DNA of 62,661 nt, counting the filler. It is 3 parts of 3 records of this genome, joined end to end, with 100 filler letters (N's around TTAATTAATTAA, not from the genome) between each part and the next. Parts side by side here need not be neighbours in the genome. Positions count along the whole stretch, not along the records: positions 26,831 to 52,613 come from SRR20825019_705; 2 more parts are not named here. One strand, given 5' to 3'. This document shows, in pieces, positions 41,906 to 50,795 of the stretch. The translations under genes and the position numbers were made by a program. How positions within the stretch are numbered: position 1 is the first letter of the stretch; the number at the start of each line of letters is the position of its first letter. The notes under the pieces were generated by a model. The model was not told the origin of the DNA. It did not search any database and was given only the letters and a program-made list of their open reading frames with translations.

Positions 41906-42946
41906 ATGAACAAGCGGTGGAAAAACCGTCCCGAGGGGTCGACCTGGGGGGATTTCGGGGCGGATGACGAGAAGGGCCGGATCAATCTGCTGACGGCCGA
42001 GAAGGTTCGCCAGGGCGTGGCCGAGGTGCAGACCGGCGAGACGTTCTGCCTGTCCCTGCCGCTGGATTATCCGGGCAAGCGGCTGCTCAACCCGCGGCGC
42101 TTCCCGCCCCGGCATTTCGCCACCGCGCGCGGCGGGCTGGCGAATTTCAACTTTCCGCTCAGCCTGAATGACGAACGTCTGGTCGATGTGATCTCGGACG
42201 ATTCCGTACTGCTGTGCCTGCAATACTCGACCCAGTGGGACAGCCTCTGCCATATCGGCGCGCGGTTCGATGCGGACGGCGATGGCGAGGCGGAGATCGT
42301 CTATTACAACGGCTGGCGCGGCGGCGAGCATATCGCCGGGCCGACCAGCGAGCAGCCGGGCAGCGAGCATACCCGCTTCGAGGGCACCGACGCCAAACGG
42401 CTCGGCATTGAGAACATGGCCGAGACCTGCGTCCAGGGCCGCGGTGTGCTGATCGACATCGAGAAGCATTTCGGCCGCGAGCGGACCTATGTCGGCTATG
42501 ACCAGCTCATGAAGATCATGGAATCCGACAAGGTGGTCGTCGAGAAAGGCGACATGGTGCTGCTCCATACCGCCTTCACCAAGGTCATCATGGATATGAA
42601 CAAGGAGCCGGACGAGGACACGCTGCTGCATGCCTGCTGCGTGCTGGACGGCCGGGACGAGCGCCTGCTGAACTGGATCACCGACAGCGGTCTCTCTGTC
42701 CTGATCGCGGACAATTACGGCGTCGAGGACCCGCACGCGCCATTGCCAGACGACGCGACGGTGTTCATGCCGCTGCATCACCATTGCATCTTCAAGCTCG
42801 GCGTTCATCTCGGCGAGCTGTGGTACCTGCACGACCTGGCGCTGTGGCTGCGCGCGGCGGGCCGCTCGCGCTTCCTGCTGACAGCGCCGCCGCTGCGCCT
42901 GCCGGGTGTCGTCGGCTCCCCTGCCACACCCGTCGCCACGGTGTGA
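41906..42946 (+). CDS. Cyclase (kynurenine formamidase-like) family metallohydrolase
   Basis: WG.FG.DDEKG, QYSTQWDSLCH, GRGVLID, ADNYGVE, LGELW, TAPPLRLPG. ATG 41906 follows GAGG. Confidence 0.85.
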   Translation: MNKRWKNRPEGSTWGDFGADDEKGRINLLTAEKVRQGVAEVQTGETFCLSLPLDYPGKRLLNPRRFPPRHFATARGGLANFNFPLSLNDERLVDVISDDSVLLCLQYSTQWDSLCHIGARFDADGDGEAEIVYYNGWRGGEHIAGPTSEQPGSEHTRFEGTDAKRLGIENMAETCVQGRGVLIDIEKHFGRERTYVGYDQLMKIMESDKVVVEKGDMVLLHTAFTKVIMDMNKEPDEDTLLHACCVLDGRDERLLNWITDSGLSVLIADNYGVEDPHAPLPDDATVFMPLHHHCIFKLGVHLGELWYLHDLALWLRAAGRSRFLLTAPPLRLPGVVGSPATPVATV

Positions 42947-43065
42947 CGGCGGACAGATCTTCGCGGCCCGCCATTGCGCTGGACAGCGGGCGGCGATCGC
43001 TGTCAATTGACTCGGCTGTACGGCGTTCGGGATCGTGCAGCACCGGCAGAGGGCGCGGCTGAGAC

Positions 43066-43962
43066 ATGACGAATGATCGTTTCGGAGCGCGCGAGGATGC
43101 TGAAGGCACCCGTGCCGGCATCGGCATCATGTTCGCCGTCACCTTCACCTTCTCGGTCATGGATGCGCTGACCAAGATGGCGGTGCAGATCTATCCGGCG
43201 CCGCAGATCCTCTGGATCCGCTACATGATATTCGCGGGTGCGACCCTGGCACACGGGCTGCGCCGCCGCGGCCGCTATCTCTTCGTCTCCCGTGCCATTG
43301 CCCTGCAGCTCTTCCGCGGCTTCCTGCTCTCCGGCGAGATTCTGATCTTCATCGTCGCCTTCCGCTATCTGCCGCTGGCGGACGTGCAGGCCATCGCCGC
43401 CGCCGGGCCGCTGATGACCACCGCACTCTCTGTCCCGCTGCTGAAGGAACAGGTAGGGATCCGGCGCTGGAGCGCGATCGGCGTCGGAGCCGTCGGGGTG
43501 TTCATCATCATCCGGCCGGGTTTTGCCGCCTTCGATCCGATGCTTCTGTTACCGCTCTTCGGCATTGCGCTCTACGCGCTCTACCAGGTGCTGACCCGCA
43601 AGGCCGCACGCTATGACGACGCCAGCACGACGGTGCTCTATACGGGAGTGACCGGGCTTGTCTCCATGAGCTGCGTCGGGCCGTTCTTCTGGGTCACGCC
43701 GGACTGGACCGGGCTGGCCATGATGGCGGCGATCGGCGTGCTCGGCATGACCGGCCACGGGCTGCTGATCAAGGCCCTGTCGCTGGCACCGGCGAGCGTG
43801 CTGCAGCCGCTGAACTACCTGATGCTGCCCTGGGCGGTGTTGTGGGGCTATCTGATCTACGACGATCTGCCGGATCTGGCGACAATCCTCGGCGCCTCCA
43901 TCGTCGTCGCCAGCGGCATCTATACCTTCCACCGCGAACGGATCGTCCGCAACGGCGGCTGA
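43066..43962 (+). CDS. DMT/EamA family transporter
   Basis: About 10 TMs; LKEQVGIRRW, IIRPG, APASVLQPLNY. Confidence 0.9.
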   Translation: MTNDRFGAREDAEGTRAGIGIMFAVTFTFSVMDALTKMAVQIYPAPQILWIRYMIFAGATLAHGLRRRGRYLFVSRAIALQLFRGFLLSGEILIFIVAFRYLPLADVQAIAAAGPLMTTALSVPLLKEQVGIRRWSAIGVGAVGVFIIIRPGFAAFDPMLLLPLFGIALYALYQVLTRKAARYDDASTTVLYTGVTGLVSMSCVGPFFWVTPDWTGLAMMAAIGVLGMTGHGLLIKALSLAPASVLQPLNYLMLPWAVLWGYLIYDDLPDLATILGASIVVASGIYTFHRERIVRNGG

Positions 43963-43970
43963 CCGGCAAC

Positions 43971-44007
43971 AAAAAACGCCAACCCATGAAATGGATTGGC
44001 GTTCTTT
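43971..44007. terminator. Terminator hairpin between convergent DMT and csp genes
   Basis: AAAAAACGCCAA...TTGGCGTTCTTT. Confidence 0.75.
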
Positions 44008-44108
44008 AGACCGTCGCGGATGAAGTTCGTGAACCCCGCCCGAAAGGTCGCCCTGGGGGCGCTATTCCTGGGAACAGCGCCGCCCGGGGTTATCCTGGAA
44101 GACGATGA

Positions 44109-44318
44109 TTATTTCGTCTGCAGGTTGACAGCGGAAGACTTGCCGCGCTGGCGGTCTTCTTCGATGTCGTAGCTGATCTTGTCGCCTTCGTTCAGGCCGT
44201 GCATGCCTGCACGCTCGACGGCGGTGGCGTGAACGAACACGTCGTTGCTGCCATCATCCGGCTGAATGAAGCCATAACCCTTGGTGGTGTTGAACCATTT
44301 CACTGTACCTGTAGCCAT
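44109..44318 (-). CDS. Cold-shock protein (CspA family), 69 aa
   Basis: [18 protein letters not shown] (RNP1), DVFVH (RNP2); SD AAGGA. Confidence 0.96.
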   Translation of the reverse strand: MATGTVKWFNTTKGYGFIQPDDGSNDVFVHATAVERAGMHGLNEGDKISYDIEEDRQRGKSSAVNLQTK

Positions 44319-45088
44319 GATCATATTCCTTATACTGATCGTTAGTCTGGATTGACGTTTTCTGTTGCCGCCTTCAGGCGGGGACAGCTGGTGTTGCGGC
44401 GCCGATATTTCCCAGCATGCGGAACAAGCCTGCATCCGGAGCATCGGGGCCGGGTGTGCGTTCGCCCGACATGTCGGGACGGCGCGCATTCTTTTCAACC
44501 GGACGCCGGGCAGAGCCGGAACGCCGGGATTGGGTCTGGGACGTGTTCTTGGCTGCGTTGGCGTGATGCGACACGCGCCCAGCCACCTCTGTAGCAGGGA
44601 TCACATCGTCCTGAATGGGAGTTTGAGTGGGAATGCTGTGTCCTTCGGCGGATACGGCTCGAAGGTGGGACTTGGCTTGGCCAAGGTCGTTAAACTGTTT
44701 CAAGTAGGCTCTTTCACCGGTCACCCTCTGATCGCGCCATACTGGCAGCGGAAAGTGGCCTTTTTCTGTTCTGGAAGCTTGCGTAGATCAGCTGCCGTTC
44801 TGTTAATCTGCCCAGTTGGGCGTTCTGGCAACGATCGATACGACGTATTGCGAGAATTTACACTGCTGACGATATGCTCATCATCTACGCGCAGCGCACA
44901 TCAGCAAAAAGCCACGTCGCGGGTGAAGTTGCAAGGAAATTCTTTTGCTAGAACCGAACGGCGCCCATTGCCGGGTTTCCAGCCCTTGAAGTTTTCCGCC
45001 CGTGACGCCAGCCCGAAGCCGAATCCCGGACGTGTGAGGCCCCCGGTAGCAGCGGGCTCTCCATGATACGCAACCGGTTTTCATTTTT

Positions 45089-45107
45089 CTGGTATTTTGT
45101 ATCCCAG
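45089..45107 (+). promoter_or_regulatory. Possible GntR/FadR-type operator upstream of the xylX-like gene
   Basis: Imperfect dyad CTGGTATTTTGTATCCCAG. Confidence 0.4.
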
Positions 45108-45206
45108 AGAGGCCATAATCCGCCCGAGCGAAGAGTCCGACGGCTCACCGCGCCGCAAGAAGCGCGATGCAGCAAGTGTGGGCCGAGGCATGGGAGGAGA
45201 CAAGAG

Positions 45207-46364
45207 ATGAGCGACCGTATCGCACGGGACCTGCCGGTCGACCGGGAAAAAGCGACACTTCTGGGACGGGTCATGACACCGGAGGGTCCGGCCGTCTGCA
45301 CCCTCCGTGGTGAGGATGTCGTCGATATCACCGCCCGCCTCCCGACCATCACCCATGCCCTGAAGGCCGCCTGCCCGGCCAGTATCGTGCGCGGCGCCGA
45401 AGGCACCGTGATCGGCAAGATCGGCGACATTCTGGAGACGAGCTTCGATCCGAAGGCGACAGGCCCGCGCCTGCTTTCCCCCATCGACCTGCAGGCCATC
45501 AAAGCCGCCGGGGTGACCTTTCCGAACAGTATGATCGAGCGCGTGGTCGAGGAAATGACCAAGGGCGATCCGCTGAAGGCGGACGAGGCCCGGGCGCAGC
45601 TCGGCCGGGATATCGGTGACGATGTGTTCTCCATCGTGCCGGGCTCGGACGAAGCGATGAAGCTCCGCGAAACCTTGCTGGCGAAAGATCTCTGGTCGCC
45701 CTATCTCGAGGTCGGCTTCGGCGTGGATGCGGAGATCTTCACCAAGGCGCAGCCGATGTCGGCGGTCGGACACGGCGCGGGCGTCGGGCTGCATCCGCGC
45801 TCGGACTGGAACAATCCGGAACCGGAAGTCGTGCTGGTCTGCGGTCCGGACGGCAAGATCGCCGGTGCCACCCTCGGCAACGATGTGAACCTGCGCGACT
45901 TCGAGGGCCGCAGCGCCCTGCTGCTCGGCCGGGCCAAGGACAATAATGCATCCGCCAGCCTCGGACCGTTCATCCGGCTGCTGGACGATCATTTCACCAT
46001 GACCGATATCCGAAATGCGGACCTGTCGCTGGAGGTCACCGGCACGGACGGCTATGTGCTCAGCGGGTCCAGTACCATGCGGGTGATCAGCCGCGATCCG
46101 GAAGATCTGGCCCAGCAAATGTTCGACTGCCATCAATATCCGGACGGTGCCGTACTCTATACCGGCACCCTGTTCGCCCCGACGGACGACCGGGACCGGC
46201 CCGGCGAAGGCTTCACCCACAAGCTCGGCGACATTGTGCGGATTGCCAGCTCGCGGCTCGGGTGCCTCGAGAATGTGGTTGGCCGTTCAGACACTCTGCC
46301 GGAGTGGGAGGACGGAGCGCTTGCCCTGTTCCGCTCGCTCTCCAAGCGCGGCATCGCGATCTGA
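45207..46364 (+). CDS. xylX: FAH-family protein, XylX-like 2-keto-3-deoxy-pentonate dehydratase
   Basis: KAAGVTF, YLEV, AEIFTK, WNNPEPE, GNDVNLRDFEGRSALLL, KDNNAS, HQYPDG, GFTHK blocks as I recall them from Caulobacter XylX. Confidence 0.8.
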   Translation: MSDRIARDLPVDREKATLLGRVMTPEGPAVCTLRGEDVVDITARLPTITHALKAACPASIVRGAEGTVIGKIGDILETSFDPKATGPRLLSPIDLQAIKAAGVTFPNSMIERVVEEMTKGDPLKADEARAQLGRDIGDDVFSIVPGSDEAMKLRETLLAKDLWSPYLEVGFGVDAEIFTKAQPMSAVGHGAGVGLHPRSDWNNPEPEVVLVCGPDGKIAGATLGNDVNLRDFEGRSALLLGRAKDNNASASLGPFIRLLDDHFTMTDIRNADLSLEVTGTDGYVLSGSSTMRVISRDPEDLAQQMFDCHQYPDGAVLYTGTLFAPTDDRDRPGEGFTHKLGDIVRIASSRLGCLENVVGRSDTLPEWEDGALALFRSLSKRGIAI

Positions 46365-46588
46365 GGCGTCAATCCTCCCGGAAATCGAAGCCGTCAAAAC
46401 GGCTGCGGCGATAGGAATTTTTAATAGGATTGATGATTTTTTCCCTATCGTCGCTCCTTGCCTGTTTCCTTCCGCGGCGGAATGAGATCCCACGGCGCTG
46501 AAGGTCTTGCACCAGCTCTGATCCGGCGTAAGCTCCCCTCCGATTCAAAACCCGGCCCGAACGGCGCCGGAACCGAGAGAGGGAACTC

Positions 46589-48028
46589 ATGACACTGCAC
46601 CGCAATCTGATCGCCGGCGACTGGGTCGAGGGCACGAACGCGAGCGATAATATCAATCCGTCCAACACTGGCGACGTGGTCGGCCAGTTCGCGCAGGCCG
46701 ATGCCGCCGCAACGGAGCAGGCTATCGACGCCGCCGTCGCTGCTTCCCACGCCTGGGCCCGCAGCCCGATCCAGCAGCGCCACGACATTCTGGCCGCTGC
46801 TTCCGCCGAGATCATGACCCGCAAGGAAGAACTCGGCCGCCTGCTCTCCCGCGAGGAAGGCAAGACACTGGCCGAGGGTATCGGCGAGACCATCCGCGCC
46901 GCCCAGGTGTTCGATTTCTTCGCCGGTGAATGCCTGCGCCTGTCCGGCGAGAAGATCGCCTCCACCCGTCCGGGCCTCGAAGTCGAGATCACCCGCGAGC
47001 CGGTCGGCGTTGTCGGCATCATCACGCCGTGGAACTTCCCGATCGCCATCCCGGCCTGGAAGATCGCCCCGGCCCTCTGCTACGGCAACACCATCGTCTT
47101 CAAGCCGGCCGGTCTGGTTCCGGGCTGCGCCTGGGCGCTGGTCGACATCCTGAAAAAAGCCGGTCTGCCTGACGGTGTGCTGAACCTGGTGATGGGCAGC
47201 GGCGGCACCGTCGGCGAGACCATTCTCTCCAGCACAAAGATCAATGCCGTGACCTTCACCGGTTCGGTCGCGACCGGCGCGCATGTGGCAGCGAAATGCT
47301 CCGCCACCATGAAAAAGTACCAGCTCGAGATGGGCGGCAAGAACCCGCTTGTCGTGCTGGACGATGCCGATCTCGCCACCGCCGTCGATGTTGCCGTGAA
47401 CGGCGCCTTCTTCTCCACCGGTCAGCGCTGCACCGCCTCCTCCCGGCTGATCGTGACCGAAGGCATTCACGACAAGTTCGTCGCGGCCTGCATCGACAAG
47501 CTCAAAGGCCTGAAGATCGACGACGCGCTTGCCGAAGGCACACATATCGGCCCGGTGGTCGATGCCAGCCAGCTCGCGCAGGACGAGGAATATATCCGGA
47601 TTGCCAAGGAAGAAGGCGGCAAGCTGGCCTTTGGCGGTGAGCGCCTGGAACGGGCAACGCCGGGCTTCTATCTACAGCCGGCTTTGTTCACCGAGACGAC
47701 CAATTCCATGCGCATCAACCGCGAGGAAGTGTTCGGACCGGTCGCCAGCGTGATCCGGGTGAAGGATTATGACGAGGCCCTCGCCGTCGCCAACGACACC
47801 AGCTTCGGCCTGTCCTCCGGCATCTGCACCTCGAGCCTGAAATACGCTAGCGACTTCAAGCGCAATTCCGAGGCTGGCATGGTCATGGTCAATCTGCCGA
47901 CGGCGGGCGTTGATTACCACGTACCGTTCGGCGGCCGGAAGGGTTCCAGCTACGGTGCCCGCGAGCAGGGCCGCTATGCGTCGGAATTCTACACAACGGT
48001 GAAAACCGCCTATATCCTGCCGATCTGA
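46589..48028 (+). CDS. Aldehyde dehydrogenase, alpha-ketoglutaric semialdehyde dehydrogenase-like
   Basis: NPSNT.DVV, EEGKTLAEGIGE, LEMGGKNP, GQRCTASSR, TAGVDYHVPFGG, SSYGAREQG; next to xylX. Confidence 0.82.
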   Translation: MTLHRNLIAGDWVEGTNASDNINPSNTGDVVGQFAQADAAATEQAIDAAVAASHAWARSPIQQRHDILAAASAEIMTRKEELGRLLSREEGKTLAEGIGETIRAAQVFDFFAGECLRLSGEKIASTRPGLEVEITREPVGVVGIITPWNFPIAIPAWKIAPALCYGNTIVFKPAGLVPGCAWALVDILKKAGLPDGVLNLVMGSGGTVGETILSSTKINAVTFTGSVATGAHVAAKCSATMKKYQLEMGGKNPLVVLDDADLATAVDVAVNGAFFSTGQRCTASSRLIVTEGIHDKFVAACIDKLKGLKIDDALAEGTHIGPVVDASQLAQDEEYIRIAKEEGGKLAFGGERLERATPGFYLQPALFTETTNSMRINREEVFGPVASVIRVKDYDEALAVANDTSFGLSSGICTSSLKYASDFKRNSEAGMVMVNLPTAGVDYHVPFGGRKGSSYGAREQGRYASEFYTTVKTAYILPI

Positions 48029-48095
48029 CGAAATCAGATTGCGGAACGCGCCGGCGCAACCTTGCGCCGGCGCCTTTCACGACCGGAGAAATCTC

Positions 48096-48731
48096 ATGTA
48101 CACACCGCCGCATTTTCGCGAAGACGACACTGCTCTGCTGCATGAGACCATCCGCCGTATCGCCTTCGGCACGCTGGTGACACTCGGCCCGGATGGGCTG
48201 GTGGCCAGCCACGTGCCGATGCTGCTCGACACAGGCAAAGGCGAGCACGGCACGCTGACCGGCCATCTGGCGAAAGCGAATATCCAGACCAAGACTGAGG
48301 CATCGGACATTGAGGCGCTGGCAATCTTTCAGGGGCCAGAAGCCTATATCACGCCGAACTGGTATGCGACGAAGCAGGAACACGGCAAAGTCGTGCCAAC
48401 CTGGAACTATGTCGCCGTCCATGCCTATGGGACAATCAGCTTCTTCGAAGACGCGGAACGTTTGCGCGATCAGGTCTCTAGCCTGACCGACCGGCACGAG
48501 GCTGCGAATGCCGAGCCCTGGGCCCTGAACGACGCACCGGAAAAGTTCGTCCAGTCACAGCTCAAAGGCATCATCGGCTTCGAAATTCCGATTACCCGGA
48601 TGGACGGAAAATGGAAGCTGAGCCAGAACCGACCGGCGGCGGACAAGGAAGGCGTCATGTCCGGGCTTGATGCCCGCGACGGTGCTGATGCGGCGATCTC
48701 TTCGGTCACGCGCGAGCGCCTGCAAAGCTAA
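48096..48731 (+). CDS. PaiB-like FMN-binding negative transcriptional regulator family protein
   Basis: MYTPPHF, GHLAKAN, AYITPNWY, VPTWNY, KLSQNR. ATG 48096 follows GGAG. Confidence 0.88.
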   Translation: MYTPPHFREDDTALLHETIRRIAFGTLVTLGPDGLVASHVPMLLDTGKGEHGTLTGHLAKANIQTKTEASDIEALAIFQGPEAYITPNWYATKQEHGKVVPTWNYVAVHAYGTISFFEDAERLRDQVSSLTDRHEAANAEPWALNDAPEKFVQSQLKGIIGFEIPITRMDGKWKLSQNRPAADKEGVMSGLDARDGADAAISSVTRERLQS

Positions 48732-48748
48732 ATTCGGTCCGGAAACGA

Positions 48749-48829
48749 AGAATGGCCGCCAGGGGAATAGCGGCCATTCTATCGATGGGAGAATCTCTCG
48801 GGGGAAGAGATACTCTCGGGGGAAAATCG
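48749..48829 (-). ncRNA. Candidate small RNA or structured 3' UTR: three hairpins with C-rich loops
   Basis: 12-nt direct repeat CTCTCGGGGGAA (48795, 48813); minus-strand loops CCCCCG, UCCCCCG, UUCCCC. Folded by eye only. Confidence 0.45.
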
Positions 48830-48843
48830 TCTTAAATCTCGGT

Positions 48844-49056
48844 TTAGTCGACGAGGTAAACAGTTCCGGCGCCAACGCCGGTGCCGACACCGACGCCACA
48901 GGAAACACAGCCATCATAGAGAGCGGTTTCCGAGTTCAGCCCCGTACCGATGCCGCCGCCCGACAGGACATGCTGTCTGGTCGAATAAGTATCGGCACAT
49001 GCCGATAACAGAAGACCGGCGGTTATAAGGGCCGGGAGGACCAGCGTGCGTCGCAT
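48844..49056 (-). CDS. Small glycine-zipper lipoprotein with CxxC (paralogue 1)
   Basis: SD GAGGAG; lipobox LLSAC; GCVSCG; clear similarity to 50796-51035. Confidence 0.75.
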   Translation of the reverse strand: MRRTLVLPALITAGLLLSACADTYSTRQHVLSGGGIGTGLNSETALYDGCVSCGVGVGTGVGAGTVYLVD

Positions 49057-49126
49057 CTGTCGTCTCCTCGTCTTGAATTTCAGGATCTTGATTTCTGGGG
49101 AGGCACTCTGCCTCGCTTATAAGAAA

Positions 49127-49151
49127 AACGCGGAAGGTCGGAATTGGTTCC
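49127..49151 (-). promoter_or_regulatory. EcfG/SigT (general stress response)-type promoter
   Basis: GGAAC-caattccgaccttccg(16)-CGTT, 70 nt upstream of the lipoprotein ATG. Confidence 0.8.
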
Positions 49152-49390
49152 GGTCGGGGCTCATAATTTTGCCGCGCGCCTTCACGCAGACAAAACGCCG
49201 ACCGCACGTCCGGGATCGTTCTCGATCCCGAAACTTCCGCCGCCAATCGGGCAGCCAGCGGATCCGTGCGTTCGGATTTGGCGTTTCGTATTTGGCCACG
49301 GCGTACTGCCCGGCATGAAGTGTTCAGCTCACCCAGAGTTCTTGTTTCACCCAGAAGCGTGATGCTTCACCCAAGAGCATTGAGTTTTTG

Positions 49391-49840
49391 TCAGGCCGCC
49401 TTGCTTTTATCAGCTTGCGCCTGCGCGTCCTGCAGTCTCTGGAACAGCTGATTGATCAGCTCATCGGATGCATCGGAGCCTGCGTCAACGCCTGAGCTTT
49501 CTTCTTGCGCCGCCAGTAGCTCTGTCAGATTGGACGCGGAAAAGCTCGGCTCAAAGCTCGGCTTGCCGGCCTCAAGCTCCGCCAGGGTCACGACCCCGTC
49601 ACCGTTCGTATCCAGGCTGTCGAACTTTTCTTCCGTCGTCTGCCCTTCGGCAACACCGCTCGAACCACCTGGCCCGCCTGGACCACCCGGGCCTGCTGGC
49701 CTGCTCGCTTCAAGTTCCTCGAACTCCGCGAATGACAGGCCGCCGCTGCCATCGGCATCCGCCTCAGTTACCTTTTCCTGAAAACGGGTCTGCATGGCAG
49801 CGAAATCAAAATAACCGCTGCCAATGGAACTCACATCCAT
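49391..49840 (-). CDS. Acidic two-EF-hand calcium-binding protein
   Basis: Loops DADGSGGLSFAE and DTNGDGVVTLAE separated by a GPG-repeat linker. ATG 49840 follows AAGGGAG. Confidence 0.85.
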   Translation of the reverse strand: MDVSSIGSGYFDFAAMQTRFQEKVTEADADGSGGLSFAEFEELEASRPAGPGGPGGPGGSSGVAEGQTTEEKFDSLDTNGDGVVTLAELEAGKPSFEPSFSASNLTELLAAQEESSGVDAGSDASDELINQLFQRLQDAQAQADKSKAA

Positions 49841-49983
49841 CTGGCTCTCCCTTCTTATAAATGCACTCCGCTCACGGAGTGAACGCCGAGCCATTCGGCG
49901 CCGGGGAGAGGTCTTTCAATAAGCGCGCCAGAAGCGCCCTATCTATCTGATAAGAAATGTTAAATTCTGTAAATTGAAGGCAC

Positions 49984-50298
49984 TCAGGTGATTTCCAGCC
50001 GGGCAATCCTGTCGCCTTCGAGGACGAACACATAATCGAGATCAACCGGGCTGCCCTTGAAATCCCCGGAAACCCGACAGCTCACAAGGACCCGCGCGCC
50101 ATCACGACTGAACGTCTGGATATCCTGACGAAAGCTGATCTTGCTCACATCTTCACGCCAGCGCAGGATCGCATCACGTCCCTTGTGTGTATGGTGCTCA
50201 TCCACGGCTACACCGTCCTCGGTAAAGCAATCCGCAATCTGCTCCGGCGTGCTGGCGGCGAAATATGCTTCGACAGGAATGGGAAATGTATCGGCCAT
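49984..50298 (-). CDS. SnoaL/NTF2-like protein
   Basis: CFTEDGVAVDE..THKGRDAI..W and VSGDFKGSPVDLDY.F; homologous to 56645-56965. Confidence 0.85.
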   Translation of the reverse strand: MADTFPIPVEAYFAASTPEQIADCFTEDGVAVDEHHTHKGRDAILRWREDVSKISFRQDIQTFSRDGARVLVSCRVSGDFKGSPVDLDYVFVLEGDRIARLEIT

Positions 50299-50353
50299 CG
50301 CTTCTGGCTCCCTGTGTGTTGCGATGCCCCGTATCTGCGCTTAAGCTCTCCAG

Positions 50354-50725
50354 ATGACAAGAACGCACGAAAAAGTAAGGTACTCACCTGAAGGTAAGTC
50401 CCACGGCTACACACGTTCCTCGGCGGCGGAAGGTGTGGAGCAAGCGCTGAAAATGCTGGAAGGGCGATGGAAACTGATCATCCTGTTCCATCTGTTCGGC
50501 GGCCGCGTGATGCGATTTTCGGAGCTAGAGCGCGCTATCCCGGAAGTCTCCCAGAAGATGCTGATCCAGCAGCTTCGGCAAATGGAAGCGGACGGCATTG
50601 TGCGCCGCATTGTCTACCCGCAGGTACCGCCCAAGGTGGAGTATGGCCTGACGGATTGGGGACAGGCCCTCTGCCCCGCTCTCGACGCATTGCTCAACTG
50701 GGCCGCGGCACGCCCCGGCGGGTAG
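50354..50725 (+). CDS. HxlR (MarR/DUF24) winged-helix regulator
   Basis: GRWKLIIL, RFSEL, SQKML.QQLR, VPPKVEY.LT. Confidence 0.92.
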   Translation: MTRTHEKVRYSPEGKSHGYTRSSAAEGVEQALKMLEGRWKLIILFHLFGGRVMRFSELERAIPEVSQKMLIQQLRQMEADGIVRRIVYPQVPPKVEYGLTDWGQALCPALDALLNWAAARPGG

Positions 50726-50795
50726 CACTGGGATGGTCGAGCCGCGCACAAGCGCCGCCTCGACAAGACTGGCTCCAGAAAAACCTGGCCGAGGC

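Noticed and set aside
41906..42946. QxSTQWD in place of HxGTHxD as a dead cyclase-family enzyme
   Set aside because: As I recall this is a common subfamily variant; the Asp, His and Glu ligands remain.
44365..45066. 233-aa plus-strand ORF in the csp upstream region
   Set aside because: TTG start, no SD, atypical composition and no domain; likely spurious.
48048..48073. GC hairpin GCGCCGGCGCAA-cc-TTGCGCCGGCGC as a REP or MITE
   Set aside because: Single copy in the window; best explained as a terminator or stabiliser after the dehydrogenase.
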